From positions 200,322,001 through 200,386,000 of the forward strand of contig OX597814.1 in assembly GCA_951406725.2 (NCBI GenBank): a stretch of 64,000 nucleotides of DNA, written 5' to 3'. The position numbers and the translations under genes were made by a program. Under the pieces are notes generated by a model, which did not search any database, was not told where the DNA came from, and was given only the letters and a program-made list of their open reading frames with translations. Shown here in pieces: positions 50,492-62,125 of this stretch (positions are counted from its first letter, which is position 1; every line of letters starts with the position of its first letter). The stretch comes from Octopus vulgaris (Eukaryota).

Positions 50492-50948
50492 CACCGCGCA
50501 ATGGGAGAAGATGAGATTTTTAGGCGGCAGAAAGAAAGACAGGATTTGAGATGGAATGCTTTGCGATCGTGTGCATAAGTTTCTATGAGTGGAAGTTGGG
50601 AAAAGATGGGTTAGAGAATTTAGCGACAGAAAGAAAGACCAAATTTGAGACGAGATGTTTTTGCGAAGTTTTTGTAAATGAAAGTTTATATGCTTCAGCT
50701 AGCATTTGAGACGAAAGACAACGATAACGCCAATATATGGGGAAACAATAATAATAAGAAGGCTTGATGGTGATGATGATACTTGCAAAAAAACAATGAA
50801 AAGAAGGAACAGGACTTAGCTGATATTTTTCATCCTGCGTATTGGCTAAGCCTGTGGAAGCGAGTGAAGGCGAGATATATATACAGAGAGAGAGAGAGAC
50901 AGTGATAACAGAGGGAGAAACCGACACCACATAGCGAGAGAGAGAGAG

Positions 50949-50983
<35 letters not shown>

Positions 50984-51447
50984 GTGATAACAGAGGGACA
51001 AAACGACACCGCGCAATGGGAGAAGATGAGATTTTTAGGCGGCAGAAAGAAAGACAGGATTTGAGATGGAATGCTTTGCGATCGTGTGCATAAGTTTCTA
51101 TGAGTGGAAGTTGGGAAAAGATGGGTTAGAGAATTTAGCGACAGAAAGAAAGACCAAATTTGAGACGAGATGTTTTTGCGAAGTTTTTGTAAATGAAAGT
51201 TTATATGCTTCAGCTAGCATTTGAGACGAAAGACAACGATAACGCCAATATATGGGGAAACAATAATAATAAGAAGGCTTGATGGTGATGATGATACTTG
51301 CAAAAAAACAATGAAAAGAAGGAACAGGACTTAGCTGATATTTTTCATCCTGCGTATTGGCTAAGCCTGTGGAAGCGAGTGAAGGCGAGATATATATACA
51401 GAGAGAGAGAGAGACAGTGATAACAGAGGGAGAAACCGACACCACAT

Positions 51448-51486
<39 letters not shown>

Positions 51487-51949
51487 GTGATAACAGAGGG
51501 ACAAAACGACACCGCGCAATGGGAGAAGATGAGATTTTTAGGCGGCAGAAAGAAAGACAGGATTTGAGATGGAATGCTTTGCGATCGTGTGCATAAGTTT
51601 CTATGAGTGGAAGTTGGGAAAAGATGGGTTAGAGAATTTAGCGACAGAAAGAAAGACCAAATTTGAGACGAGATGTTTTTGCGAAGTTTTTGTAAATGAA
51701 AGTTTATATGCTTCAGCTAGCATTTGAGACGAAAGACAACGATAACGCCAATATATGGGGAAACAATAATAATAAGAAGGCTTGATGGTGATGATGATAC
51801 TTGCAAAAAACAATGAAAAGAAGGAACAGGACTTAGCTGATATTTTTCATCCTGCGTATTGGCTAAGCCTGTGGAAGCGAGTGAAGGCGAGATATATATA
51901 CAGAGAGAGAGAGAGACAGTGATAACAGAGGGAGAAACCGACACCACAT

Positions 51950-51996
<47 letters not shown>

Positions 51997-52459
51997 GTGA
52001 TAACAGAGGGACAAAACGACACCGCGCAATGGGAGAAGATGAGATTTTTAGGCGGCAGAAAGAAAGACAGGATTTGAGATGGAATGCTTTGCGATCGTGT
52101 GCATAAGTTTCTATGAGTGGAAGTTGGGAAAAGATGGGTTAGAGAATTTAGCGACAGAAAGAAAGACCAAATTTGAGACGAGATGTTTTTGCGAAGTTTT
52201 TGTAAATGAAAGTTTATATGCTTCAGCTAGCATTTGAGACGAAAGACAACGATAACGCCAATATATGGGGAAACAATAATAATAAGAAGGCTTGATGGTG
52301 ATGATGATACTTGCAAAAAACAATGAAAAGAAGGAACAGGACTTAGCTGATATTTTTCATCCTGCGTATTGGCTAAGCCTGTGGAAGCGAGTGAAGGCGA
52401 GATATATATACAGAGAGAGAGAGAGACAGTGATAACAGAGGGAGAAACCGACACCACAT

Positions 52460-52496
<37 letters not shown>

Positions 52497-53236
52497 GTGA
52501 TAACAGAGGGACAAAACGACACCGCGCAATGGGAGAAGATGAGATTTTTAGGCGGCAGAAAGAAAGACAGGATTTGAGATGGAATGCTTTGCGATCGTGT
52601 GCATAAGTTTCTATGAGTGGAAGTTGGGAAAAGATGGGTTAGAGAATTTAGCGACAGAAAGAAAGACCAAATTTGAGACGAGATGTTTTTGCGAAGTTTT
52701 TGTAAATGAAAGTTTATATGCTTCAGCTAGCATTTGAGACGAAAGACAACGATAACGCCAATATATGGGGAAACAATAATAATAAGAAGGCTTGATGGTG
52801 ATGATGATACTTGCAAAAACAATGAAAAGAAGGAACAGGACTTAGCTGATATTTTTCATCCTGCGTATTGGCTAAGCCTGTGGAAGCGAGTGAAGGCGAG
52901 ATATATATACAGAGAGAGAGAGAGACAGTGATAACAGAGGGAGAAACCGACACCACATAGCGAGAGAGAGAGAGAGAGCGAGAGAGAGAGAGAGAGAGAG
53001 AGACATAGTGATAACAGAGGGACAAAACGACACCGCGCAATGGGAGAAGATGAGATTTTTAGGCGGCAGAAAGAAAGACAGGATTTGAGATGGAATGCTT
53101 TGCGATCGTGTGCATAAGTTTCTATGAGTGGAAGTTGGGAAAAGATGGGTTAGAGAATTTAGCGACAGAAAGAAAGACCAAATTTGAGACGAGATGTTTT
53201 TGCGAAGTTTTTGTAAATGAAAGTTTATATGCTTCA
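50492..53236. repeat. Tandem array of ~510-bp monomers (5.4 copies)
   Basis: Monomer starts (accgcgcaatggg) at 50493, 51008, 51511, 52021, 52521 and 53032. The visible differences are in an A-run and the (GA)n tract. Confidence 0.97.
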
Positions 53237-53267
<31 letters not shown>

Positions 53268-54326
53268 CACATGCATCTGTGTTTGCCCCCTCACACACAC
53301 ACACATTACTTGACAACCGATGCTGGTTCGGCAAGAGAGACTGATAGAATATGTACTAGGCTTACAAAGAAAAAGTCATTGGGTCGATTTGCTCAACTAA
53401 AGGCAGTGCTCCAGCATGGCTGCAGTCAAATGACTGAAACAAATAAAAGAATAGTGAGGAGAGACTGTTATTTGAGGCTAGAAATATCAAAGAAGTTACT
53501 GAAAGTGAAGGAAGATTTCAAAAATAAGAAAGAAGCATGACTAGAAAGAAAGGCAGAATGGAACTACAAAGAAATATTTAGCCAATTCATGCAGCAAACT
53601 AAGGAAGCTGGGAGTGGAGAAAACTGGTTGTGGCTGACAACCTAACAAAAAACTAAACTAAATTGCTAATATATCTACTTAGAAAGGATGAATTTATTAA
53701 TGACAAGGATTGATAAAACTAAGTCAGACCTCAAACACAGAATTTGTGGAAAAGTGAAAATTTACAAAGCAAATAAGGTAAGCTAGCAGAAAATGACTAT
53801 AAATGCAAGCAGGATTCTGTTAGCAAAATGGTGCATTGGAATGATGGATAAATTTGTGGATTTGAAGTGAGAGAAAACTGTGAATAAGAGATTGTTATGG
53901 TGAATGATAAGTATAGAATTTTATGCAATTTCTCCTTAGACACTGACCATACAGTTGAAGGAAAGTATGCAAGATATTTTCATGGGAGATAGTGAAAGAA
54001 TAAACATTGTAATATAAATTTTTGCAATCTCGTATAACAGATCAAATATCAAAGAAACCAGGAAACTGAAAAATATCAGGACCTAACTAGAGAGATGAAA
54101 TAATTGTGGAATATCATGATGATGATCATTTAACATGCACTTTTCTATGCTTGCATTACTCAGACAGAATTTATGGCTGGATACCTCTCCTGTCACAAAC
54201 CCTCACCTGTTTCCAAGCGAAGTAATATATTTCATGGACAGCATGGAAGACTGAAAATGAACGTTGCTTGTATGACAGTGATGCTCTTTTACAATCATCA
54301 CATGATGTCAAGACAAGGATAAACAT

Positions 54327-54632
54327 AGGAAGATATGGGATGAGGTGGTGAAGCATGACCTTCGAATGTTGGGCCTCACAGAGGCAATGACAGAAGATCG
54401 AGACCTTTGAGGATATGCTGTGATTGAGAAGACCCAACAACTAAAGTAAGATCGCAGCCATGGCTGATGCCAGTGTTGCATGCCTGGCCCATTTAAAAGT
54501 ACCCTTAACGTGTCAGGCGATATGAAAACCAAAATCGTAGCTGTAGCCAGCACCCTCTGACTGGCTCCCATTCCAGTGGCACGTAAAAAACACCATCTGA
54601 ATGTGGTGATGCTAGTGCCCCCTGACTGGCTC
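54327..54632 (+). mobile_element. RTE LINE C-terminus plus start of 3' UTR
   Basis: RKIWDEVVKHDLRMLGLTEAMTEDRDL*GYAVIEKT followed by the ggcacgtaaaaa.cacc UTR units. This links the (GAT)n family to RTE. Confidence 0.85.
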
Positions 54633-55309
54633 CTGGAATTGAAACCTCAATCTTATGAGTTCAACACCCTAGCCACTAAACTATGTGCCTCCATTGCCAC
54701 ACCAACTGCATGAGGAAATTTGATAAGTATTCAACTTAAAGTTGTGTTTGACAATTTTTTTTGCTTGCTTTACACATTGTTAAAATATCACTTTCACCTT
54801 GACTAAAAGAAAATAGGTAAGTTACCTTTTATAGCAATCTGTCAGGTATATACTATCAACATTTACTTTAATCAAAGAATTAACTTCTACTTTTAAGGAA
54901 AAAGTTACAAAATGTATAAGCTCTTTTTCATGAGAATAAAAATTTATACGTTATCTTTGAGCTCTCAAAGAATTTTGCCATTAAACAACTACTGGATATC
55001 TGTATGAAGCAGAAAATGCTTATGCTAGAAGAAGATAAAGGTACGATACAGTATTCCCATAACAGTTTATAAATTTATAGCTTCATACTTTATTCAGTAT
55101 ACTGTCACAGCATTGTTCTTACATGCACAGAATCATACATTTCCACCTACAAAACCATTTAGAACATTGTTCAATGAGTATCTGATGAAACATACTAAAT
55201 AAGTATTTTTTACTACGTATATTTGTAAAATAAGAGTGTATTACATGTTGGCAAATATGATGTATTAATTTTTTACCTAGGATTTAATTAAATTTTTAAC
55301 TTAAAATAT

Positions 55310-55531
55310 AATTAATAATAATATAATAATGAAATTATTGTATACAGTGCTCAGTTGCACCACAACTTGTTAAAAGTGCGTATAAAGCATGTGCCTTAAT
55401 GTAGAAATGTCTGGAAAGTGAACAGTGTATGAGTCAGATACATGTTTGTGTGTGTATGGAGGGGAGAAAATCAGGTGTAGTGTTGGCAAATCTCAGGAAG
55501 CATGGAAGTTTTGAAGGATGCAGTGCTCCGA
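55310..55531 (-). mobile_element. CR1-type LINE 3' end (long-UTR subfamily)
   Basis: Reverse complement of the 30216-30421 type. Confidence 0.85.
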
Positions 55532-55946
55532 GAATTCAAAGATTAATGTCAAAATAGGTTTAAATAATTTATTATTTAGTCATTAAAAAAAAAGATTCAT
55601 ATTTTTTTTCCTTTCTATAAAAAAAGCCCCATTATTATTTAAACACATTTTCAAAATTTCAGTATATATATCGCAATAATAATTCTCTAAAAGAGATATA
55701 GACAGTAACTGCTCGATAACATAAGGGACTAAAGCCATCTGAATATGGCTAGGGACAGGGCAGGGTGGTGGGGGTGTTACTGTTGCATTTAGCCCCAGGC
55801 GAACATCGACGTCACCAGAAAGGCTCGACACCGTCACGGTGCCCTTAACCTGCAAAGGGAGGTAATTCCCCGATGAAGCGGAAACCACACACGGACCATG
55901 GTTTCAAGGTGTATTGCCTATCGTCGGCGTGAATTAAATGTTTTTT

Positions 55947-56159
55947 TATCTTTTACTTGTTTCAGTCATTACACTATGGCCATACTACAGCACTACGTTG
56001 AAGTTTTAGTCAAATGAAGTGACCCTAGCACATTTTTTTAAAGCCAGGTACTTATTTTATTGGTCTTTTTTGCCGAACTTCTAAGTTACAGGGACATAAA
56101 CACTCCAATACCAGTTGTCAAGTGATGGTGGTTGACAAACACAGACACACACACGTATG

Positions 56160-56195
<36 letters not shown>

Positions 56196-56359
56196 TATGA
56201 CAGGCTTCTTTCAGTTTCCGCCTACCAAATCCACTCACAAGGATTTGGTTGGCCCAAGGCTATAGTAGAAGACACTTGCCCAAGGTGCTGCAGGGGACTG
56301 AACCCTGAATCATGAGGTTGGGAAGCAAGCATCTTACCACACAGCCATGCCTGCACCTA
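55947..56359 (-). mobile_element. SINE family A
   Basis: Full-length copy. Confidence 0.9.
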
Positions 56360-57597
56360 TATTTAATTTATACAAATATAATCAATGTGTTGGCATAAGC
56401 AAGTGAATCAAATATTTTCCAAGACTTGTAGCTTTGTAATTTTCCTTAATACATTTGTAAATATATTTGCAGATTCCATTCTGTGCTTGCTCTTGTGAGC
56501 CTTGCATAACCCTGTGGATTCCTTAATGCATCCTTGGGTATGCACACACCTTACTTTTGAAGCTTCTTACAAGAATTTATAGGAAAAATATTTACAAAAT
56601 GTTTGCACGGGAAATTCTTTAAAAAATGTATTTTATCATATGATAACCAGTTGCTTCTTGGTTTTATAAAGTTATGGATGTTTCAAAATATGAAAAAATA
56701 AAAACCCACTTATTTCCAAGATAGGTGTAATAGTAGTACTACATTACCGTCGTATCAATTCTATATGTTTAGTAGTTTTGAAGGGAAAAAAAGTATTACT
56801 CTCTAAAATTTCCAAATCTCAATTGACAAGTTTCAATAAAATATAGTACCACTCTCACAACATTGAATTTATTTATATATATCTAAAAAATTATAAATCA
56901 AAGAAAAGAAACTAAGATTCCAAACAAAAAATTATACATTGATAATACTAATACCATATTTATGTAACAAAACAAAATGAAAACAGTCAAAAACTATCAG
57001 CCCTAACTGACAAGCTGTAAAAATATCTCATTTGTTTTAAGATTAAATACATGTAAGTGATGCTGAGAAGAGTGTCACTCATGCTGCATGAATCATCTGA
57101 AATATTTTAATTTCTTTCCATATCGGATAACTTAACCTGTTCCCTAATCCCAGTAAATTTTGAATAAAATAAACAAAAAACAAAACGAACAAAAAAAATA
57201 CTAGAATAAAGAGGGAAGATCTGAGAGTTAAGGATCTTTGAGCATAAAACTCTGAAGGGAACAACCTTATTTAAAATTCTAATAATCCTTTCTATTATAT
57301 GCACAAGGTCTCAAATTTTGTGAGAGGGGACTAGTCGATTACATCGATCCCCCACCCTGAATTTGACTGGTACTTAACTCATATATTCTCCTGGTTGTGT
57401 TTTCACAATGAAAAACCTGTTCCTCCTTGTTTGGACATGAACTAGCCAGGAAGCATCTGACTAAGCATACAAAATGTTCAGTAGGGAGTCAACACCCATA
57501 GCTAACAGTTGCATACTGTACTTCTCTTCCAGATTGTGAAAGCTTACCATAATGTTTAATACAGTGAAATTTTAAAGACTTCATTTTTTTTTTTCAT

Positions 57598-57740
57598 AGG
57601 CACAGGAGTTGCTGTGTGATAAGTAGCTTGCTTACCAATCACAGTGTGTGGCACTTTGGGCAAGTGTCTTCTACTATAGGCTCGGGCCAACCAAAGCCTT
57701 GTGAGTGGATTTGGAAGACAGAAACTGAAAGAAGCCCGTC

Positions 57741-57777
<37 letters not shown>

Positions 57778-58045
57778 TAGATAGATAGATAGATATATAT
57801 ATGTATGTGTGTGTGTGTATGTATGTACATGTTTGTGTGTGTGTTTGTCTCCCCGACATCGCTTAACAACTGGTGCTAGTGTTTACATCCCTGTAACTTA
57901 GCAGTTTGGCAAGAGAGACTGATAGAATAAGTACTAGGCTTACAAAGAATAAGTCTTGCGGTCGATTTGCTCAACTAAAGGCACTGCTCCAGCATGGCTG
58001 AAGTCAAATAAGTGAAACAAATAACAGGAAAAAAAAAAAAAAAGA
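57598..58045 (+). mobile_element. SINE family A
   Basis: Full-length copy with an expanded TA/GATA/TG tract. Confidence 0.9.
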
Positions 58046-58544
58046 AAGAATCTACATCTTGACCTGGATAACTAAAATAAACAGGATGGGACTGAGAACC
58101 AAACTCAAGTGATAATTATCTGTATGTTAAAAGTCTATCACTGAGCTCATTGTTGCCAACACCCGTGGCTCTTATACCATATTCCTTTACCCCCAATTTT
58201 ATAAACAATCATCCAACTACAGATCATGGAACCTAGTCAAAATTTTTCTCCAAGCTGACAAATGCTAGATATAGTGATTTAGTCTTGATTAAGATTTTCC
58301 TGTATTTACCTCAAAAAGGTACCAATAGTCTCACATTCAGGAACAAACCAAAACTGCAAAGGTCGAAACTAGTTCTCTGCCTGATAACCTTTGTTTTTGC
58401 TCTATACATTACTTTCAGATCTTGGTACATCAGTTTAATACTTCAGTAGTTATTTCTTTAATAAGCATTTCCTTTTTTCTTACACCATATTCTGTTGTAT
58501 ATGATTATGCTTGAGTGATGATTATGCCACAATATTATGAAAGC

Positions 58545-58901
58545 TGTAAAAAGCACCATTCAAACGTGATCGTTACCAGCGTCGCCTTACTGGCATGTGA
58601 AAAACATTCGAGCGAGGCCATTGCCAGCACCGCTGAACCGGCTCCTGTGCAGGTGACACATAAAAAACACCACTTGAGCATGGCCGTTGCCAGTACCGCC
58701 TGACTGGCCTTCATGCCAGTGGCATGTAAAAAGCACCCACTACACTCTCGGAGTGGTTGGCATTAGGAAGGGCATCCAGCTGTAGAAACTCTGCCAGATC
58801 AAGATTGGAGCCTGGTGCAGCCATCTGGTTCGCCAGTCCTCAGTCAAAATGTCCAACCCATGCTAGCATGGAAAGCGGACGTTAAACGATGATGATGATG
58901 A
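58545..58901 (+). mobile_element. RTE 3' UTR fragment with (GAT)n tail
   Basis: Same subfamily as 23470-23891. Confidence 0.87.
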
Positions 58902-59291
58902 CAGAACAACAATGTGCAGCTTCTGGAACGTTTACTTGCCCACAACCCAATTAATGACACTCCTTTCTACAACTTTTTCTCTTTCTACCTCTTTGTGACC
59001 CTCAGGCATAAAACAAACGCCAGAAAATTTAGATTCTTCACACCATGCAACAGCTGAATGTACCAAACTCTTCAATGCACTTACTTTTACTTATATAACA
59101 TTTACTTATAATAAAAGTAGTGTCAAAATACTTGTTCAATAACTTGATATATTAAAAGCATGTTAACTCCAGTTCAGAAACTAATAGTCTGTATCAGAAT
59201 AAAAAGAGAAGCTTTCAGTTTCTATTTCATGTCTAAAGTTACTAAAATACAATTTGTCTGTATTAGGCTGAAAAAGTATTTTCATTTAGGC

Positions 59292-59845
59292 CAGTGGTTC
59301 TCAACCATCTTTTATCTATGAACCCCGCTTGATTTCTATTTTACCCAGGGGGTCTTTCATTGCTGTTTGATGTTGAAAAAAATCCTATTATATTTTTATT
59401 ATCAAATATTCTTTGTTGTCTTGTTGGTTTGTGTGGATGGATGGAGTGAGGAAAGCTTTGGTGGTTAGAGATGTTGGAGTGAAAGAGGCAAGAGAGTTTA
59501 TTAATGATAGGAAAGCTTGGAGAGTGTTTGTGGACGGATGAGTGAATTGATGTTGCTTGAAGGGGTACAGAACCGGCATGATGCGGCAGGGGTAAACCAG
59601 CATATGCTGTCGGGCACCGCTGCTGATACCGGGGGTTGCTTTCTATGCCTTGACCCAAGCATAGGACGGGGCTTGTCTATTTTATCTGGGAAATGAATGA
59701 TATGCCTGATGTGTGTCTTGTAGTTGCCCCCTCCTATGGGGAATAGGCCTTGGTAAATAAAAAAATAAATTAGTTAAATATTATTAAGAATTGTATTAAA
59801 AAAATTTCAACTAAGTTTTGCATGGGCCTCAACTGAAAACTGTCG
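59292..59845. mobile_element. hAT (Charlie-like) MITE with a nested LINE fragment
   Basis: Starts cagtggttctcaacc. The 8-bp flanks atttaggc / atttagac match at 7/8. The right TIR is degenerate. Confidence 0.65.
59434..59770 (+). mobile_element. 3' end of a third RTE-clade LINE family
   Basis: WMDGVRKALVVRDVGVKEAREFINDRKAWRVFVDG* (59434-59541), then a GC-richer UTR and an A-rich tail. Confidence 0.72.
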
Positions 59846-60053
59846 ATTTAGACTTCTAGAACAATTTTTTTGTGTCTATGAAAAAAGAACGATCGAATGT
59901 CTATGCAGTAAAGATTATGTTTTGAGACTGTAATATTTTAATTTCTCATGATTGGATTCAACTGGTAAAGTTGAAACAGTTTCTAGAAGCTGACTGAAGT
60001 TCAATCAAACAAATAAGTGTATAAGTGACGATGTTCTTGATAAGGAACAGTTT

Positions 60054-60468
60054 ATCTTTTATCTTTTACTTGTTTCACTCAATAGACTGCAAACAATGCT
60101 GGGGCAGAGCCTTGATGAATTTTTAGATGTAATAATTAACCCCAATACTTTTCTTAAAGCCTGGTACATATTCTATCGATCTTTTTTGCTGAACCACTAA
60201 GTTAGAGGGATGTAAACATACTAACAGTGGTTGTCAAGAGGTGGTGGGGAACAAACACAGATGCAAGGACACACACATACGCACACACACACACACATAT
60301 ACACAACAGGTTTCTTTCAGTTTCTGTCAACCAAATTCACTCACAAGGCTTTGGTTGGCCTGAGGCTATAATACAAGAAACTTGCCCAAGATGCCATGCA
60401 GTGGGACTGAACCCAGAACCATGTGGACGGGAAGCAAACTTCTTATTTCACAGCCATGCCTTCACCTA
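60054..60468 (-). mobile_element. SINE family A, older
   Basis: Diverged full-length copy. Confidence 0.87.
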
Positions 60469-61361
60469 TGTGTATTTTAAGGAAATTTTAATTTCTACTT
60501 TGTTAATCATCAACATTGGGTTAACTAGTGGAGAAGATTTACTAATTTCAAAAATGAAATTTAGCACTATTACAACTGTTCTGTAGAGTGAAAAATAACT
60601 TTATAATTTCTTTGATTAAATTAACAACTTGAACTGTAAAAGAATGTTTCGTAACTTTATAATTTAGATCAGAACTTTCCAAACCAAGATTGCCTAAAGC
60701 AAAATAAAGACAAACTATTAGACAGTATCCACTACATTAATTTTTCAAAACTCAAATATTCAGATTAAAAATGTTTCTTTTTTAAACATCATTTGATTAG
60801 CATTAACCTAAATATCTAGGACAATAAGAATATCAAGAAAAAGCAGGTATAAACAGTCAAGTTGGTTTGTGTGGAACTTTTAGATCAGCTTCTGTCTTAA
60901 GAAAGAAAAGAAAAAAAAAAGATTGTTAACTGTATTCCTAAAGATGTCTGTAAAAATAATTTAAAAAAAAAAAACGAAAAGAAAAAAACTGTGTATTGGT
61001 GGAACAGACATGTCTGTGTTTAAGAAGATTGCCTTCCAATCATAAGCTAGCAAGTTCAGTCCCACTGTGGGCAAGTGTCTGTGATGGTCAACCAATGCCC
61101 TGTTAATGAATTTAGTAGACGGAAACTGTGTGGAAGCCTGTCATATTTGTGTAGCATTCAAATTGGACATATCAGCCCCAAGTATTTTACCTGTTTTGTG
61201 TTCATACTGACGAGATAAGATGTTGCACATCTACCCTGAAATGTCATTCTAAAAATAAACAAACACATCATCAAAGTCTCAATGCTACAAGATAAAATAA
61301 GGAATAATTCAAAACAAGCTGCACAGATGCAATGACTAATGACTGAGACATTTGTCAATAT

Positions 61362-61832
61362 GCAGTACTTGAGAAGACCCATCAAGCCAAGTAAAAATCA
61401 TAGTTTTGACCAAAGCTGGTGTCACATAACTGGCACATAATAAGCACCTTTTGAGTGTTGTACCTCACGGAGACAAAGTGGCCAATGATGCAGGTGGCAC
61501 AAGATAAGACCCTTTCAAATGTTGGGCCTCATGGAGGCAATGGCGACTGACCAAGACCTTGGCATTATGTTGTGTTTGAGGAGAAGACACGTCAAAGCAA
61601 ATAAAATTGCAGTTGTGGCAGACTCTGGTATCATGCAAATGGCACCTGTGCCAGTAGCATGTAAAAGCACCCATTGCACTTATGGAGTGGTTGGCATTAG
61701 GAAGGGCATCCAGCCATAGAAACCACGCCAAATCAGATAGGAGTCTGGTGCAGCCTTCCAGCACGCCAGCCCTGGTTAAACCATCCAACCCATGCCAGCA
61801 TGGACAACAGACATTAAATTATGATGATGATG
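61362..61832 (+). mobile_element. RTE LINE 3' end with repeated C-terminal segment
   Basis: MLGLMEAMATDQDL-type segments, the 3' UTR and a (GAT)n tail. Confidence 0.8.
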
Positions 61833-62125
61833 AATGAAAATAAATAAGCATTTCATTTGACAGGGTAATTTGAATGCTAAAGGGTTAAGTTCCCCTAACT
61901 TAGCAGTTAATCAAAAGAGAATGATCGAATAAATACCAGGCTTAAAAATGAGTACTGTGGCCAATGTGTGTTCAACTAAAGGCAGTGCTCCAGCATAGCC
62001 ACAGTTCTATGACTGAAACAAGTAAAAAAAAACATGTTTCAATGACTTTGATTTAAATCAGGAATACACTTTTTATTTCAACCTTCATTCACTACTGTTC
62101 TACATTTTAGAGATGAGGAATTCTC

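Larger units (their letters stand above)
49261..53452 (+). mobile_element. SINE family A split in two (49261-49462 and 53237-53452) by a 3.8-kb insertion
   Basis: The 5' half ends in the family's internal (TA)n. The matching 3' half resumes with (TA)(TG)n at 53237. Confidence 0.88.
45560..54110 (+). mobile_element. Ancient R4/Dong-like (restriction-like endonuclease) LINE, fragmented by nested insertions
   Basis: Collinear remnants: LTKGMTMLI..NYRPVMCL (~46180-46260), RIFQEDFLSPLFFMIAL..KINNL (46880-47005), DDFKL..FSKNV..MQFEVNK (48730-), RILETKLKG..NTQTLPVLKYSA (49010-), RICG..KLAENDYKCKQDSVSKMVHW (53740-), RILCNFSLDTDH and KYQDLTREMK*LW (~54070-54110). Confidence 0.75.

Noticed and set aside
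50063-50578. Gly-rich, Pro-rich and His-rich ORFs resembling structural (beak, sucker-ring or extensin-like) proteins
   Set aside because: Five frames are open only because the GGT/ATT minisatellite lacks stops. There is no signal peptide or splice context, and the region lies inside a young insertion.
50583-53040. Repeated 100-115 aa ORFs in the tandem monomers
   Set aside because: The frame changes with A-run length between copies, there is no recognisable domain, and the starts are non-ATG.
50492-53236. CRISPR-like array or hammerhead retrozyme
   Set aside because: There are no unique spacers and the context is eukaryotic. No CUGANGA...GAAA core with stems was found on either strand; the closest is cugaagc.
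55868-55890. Hammerhead-like ccgatgaagcggaaac
   Set aside because: The core has a mismatch and there is no room for stem II.
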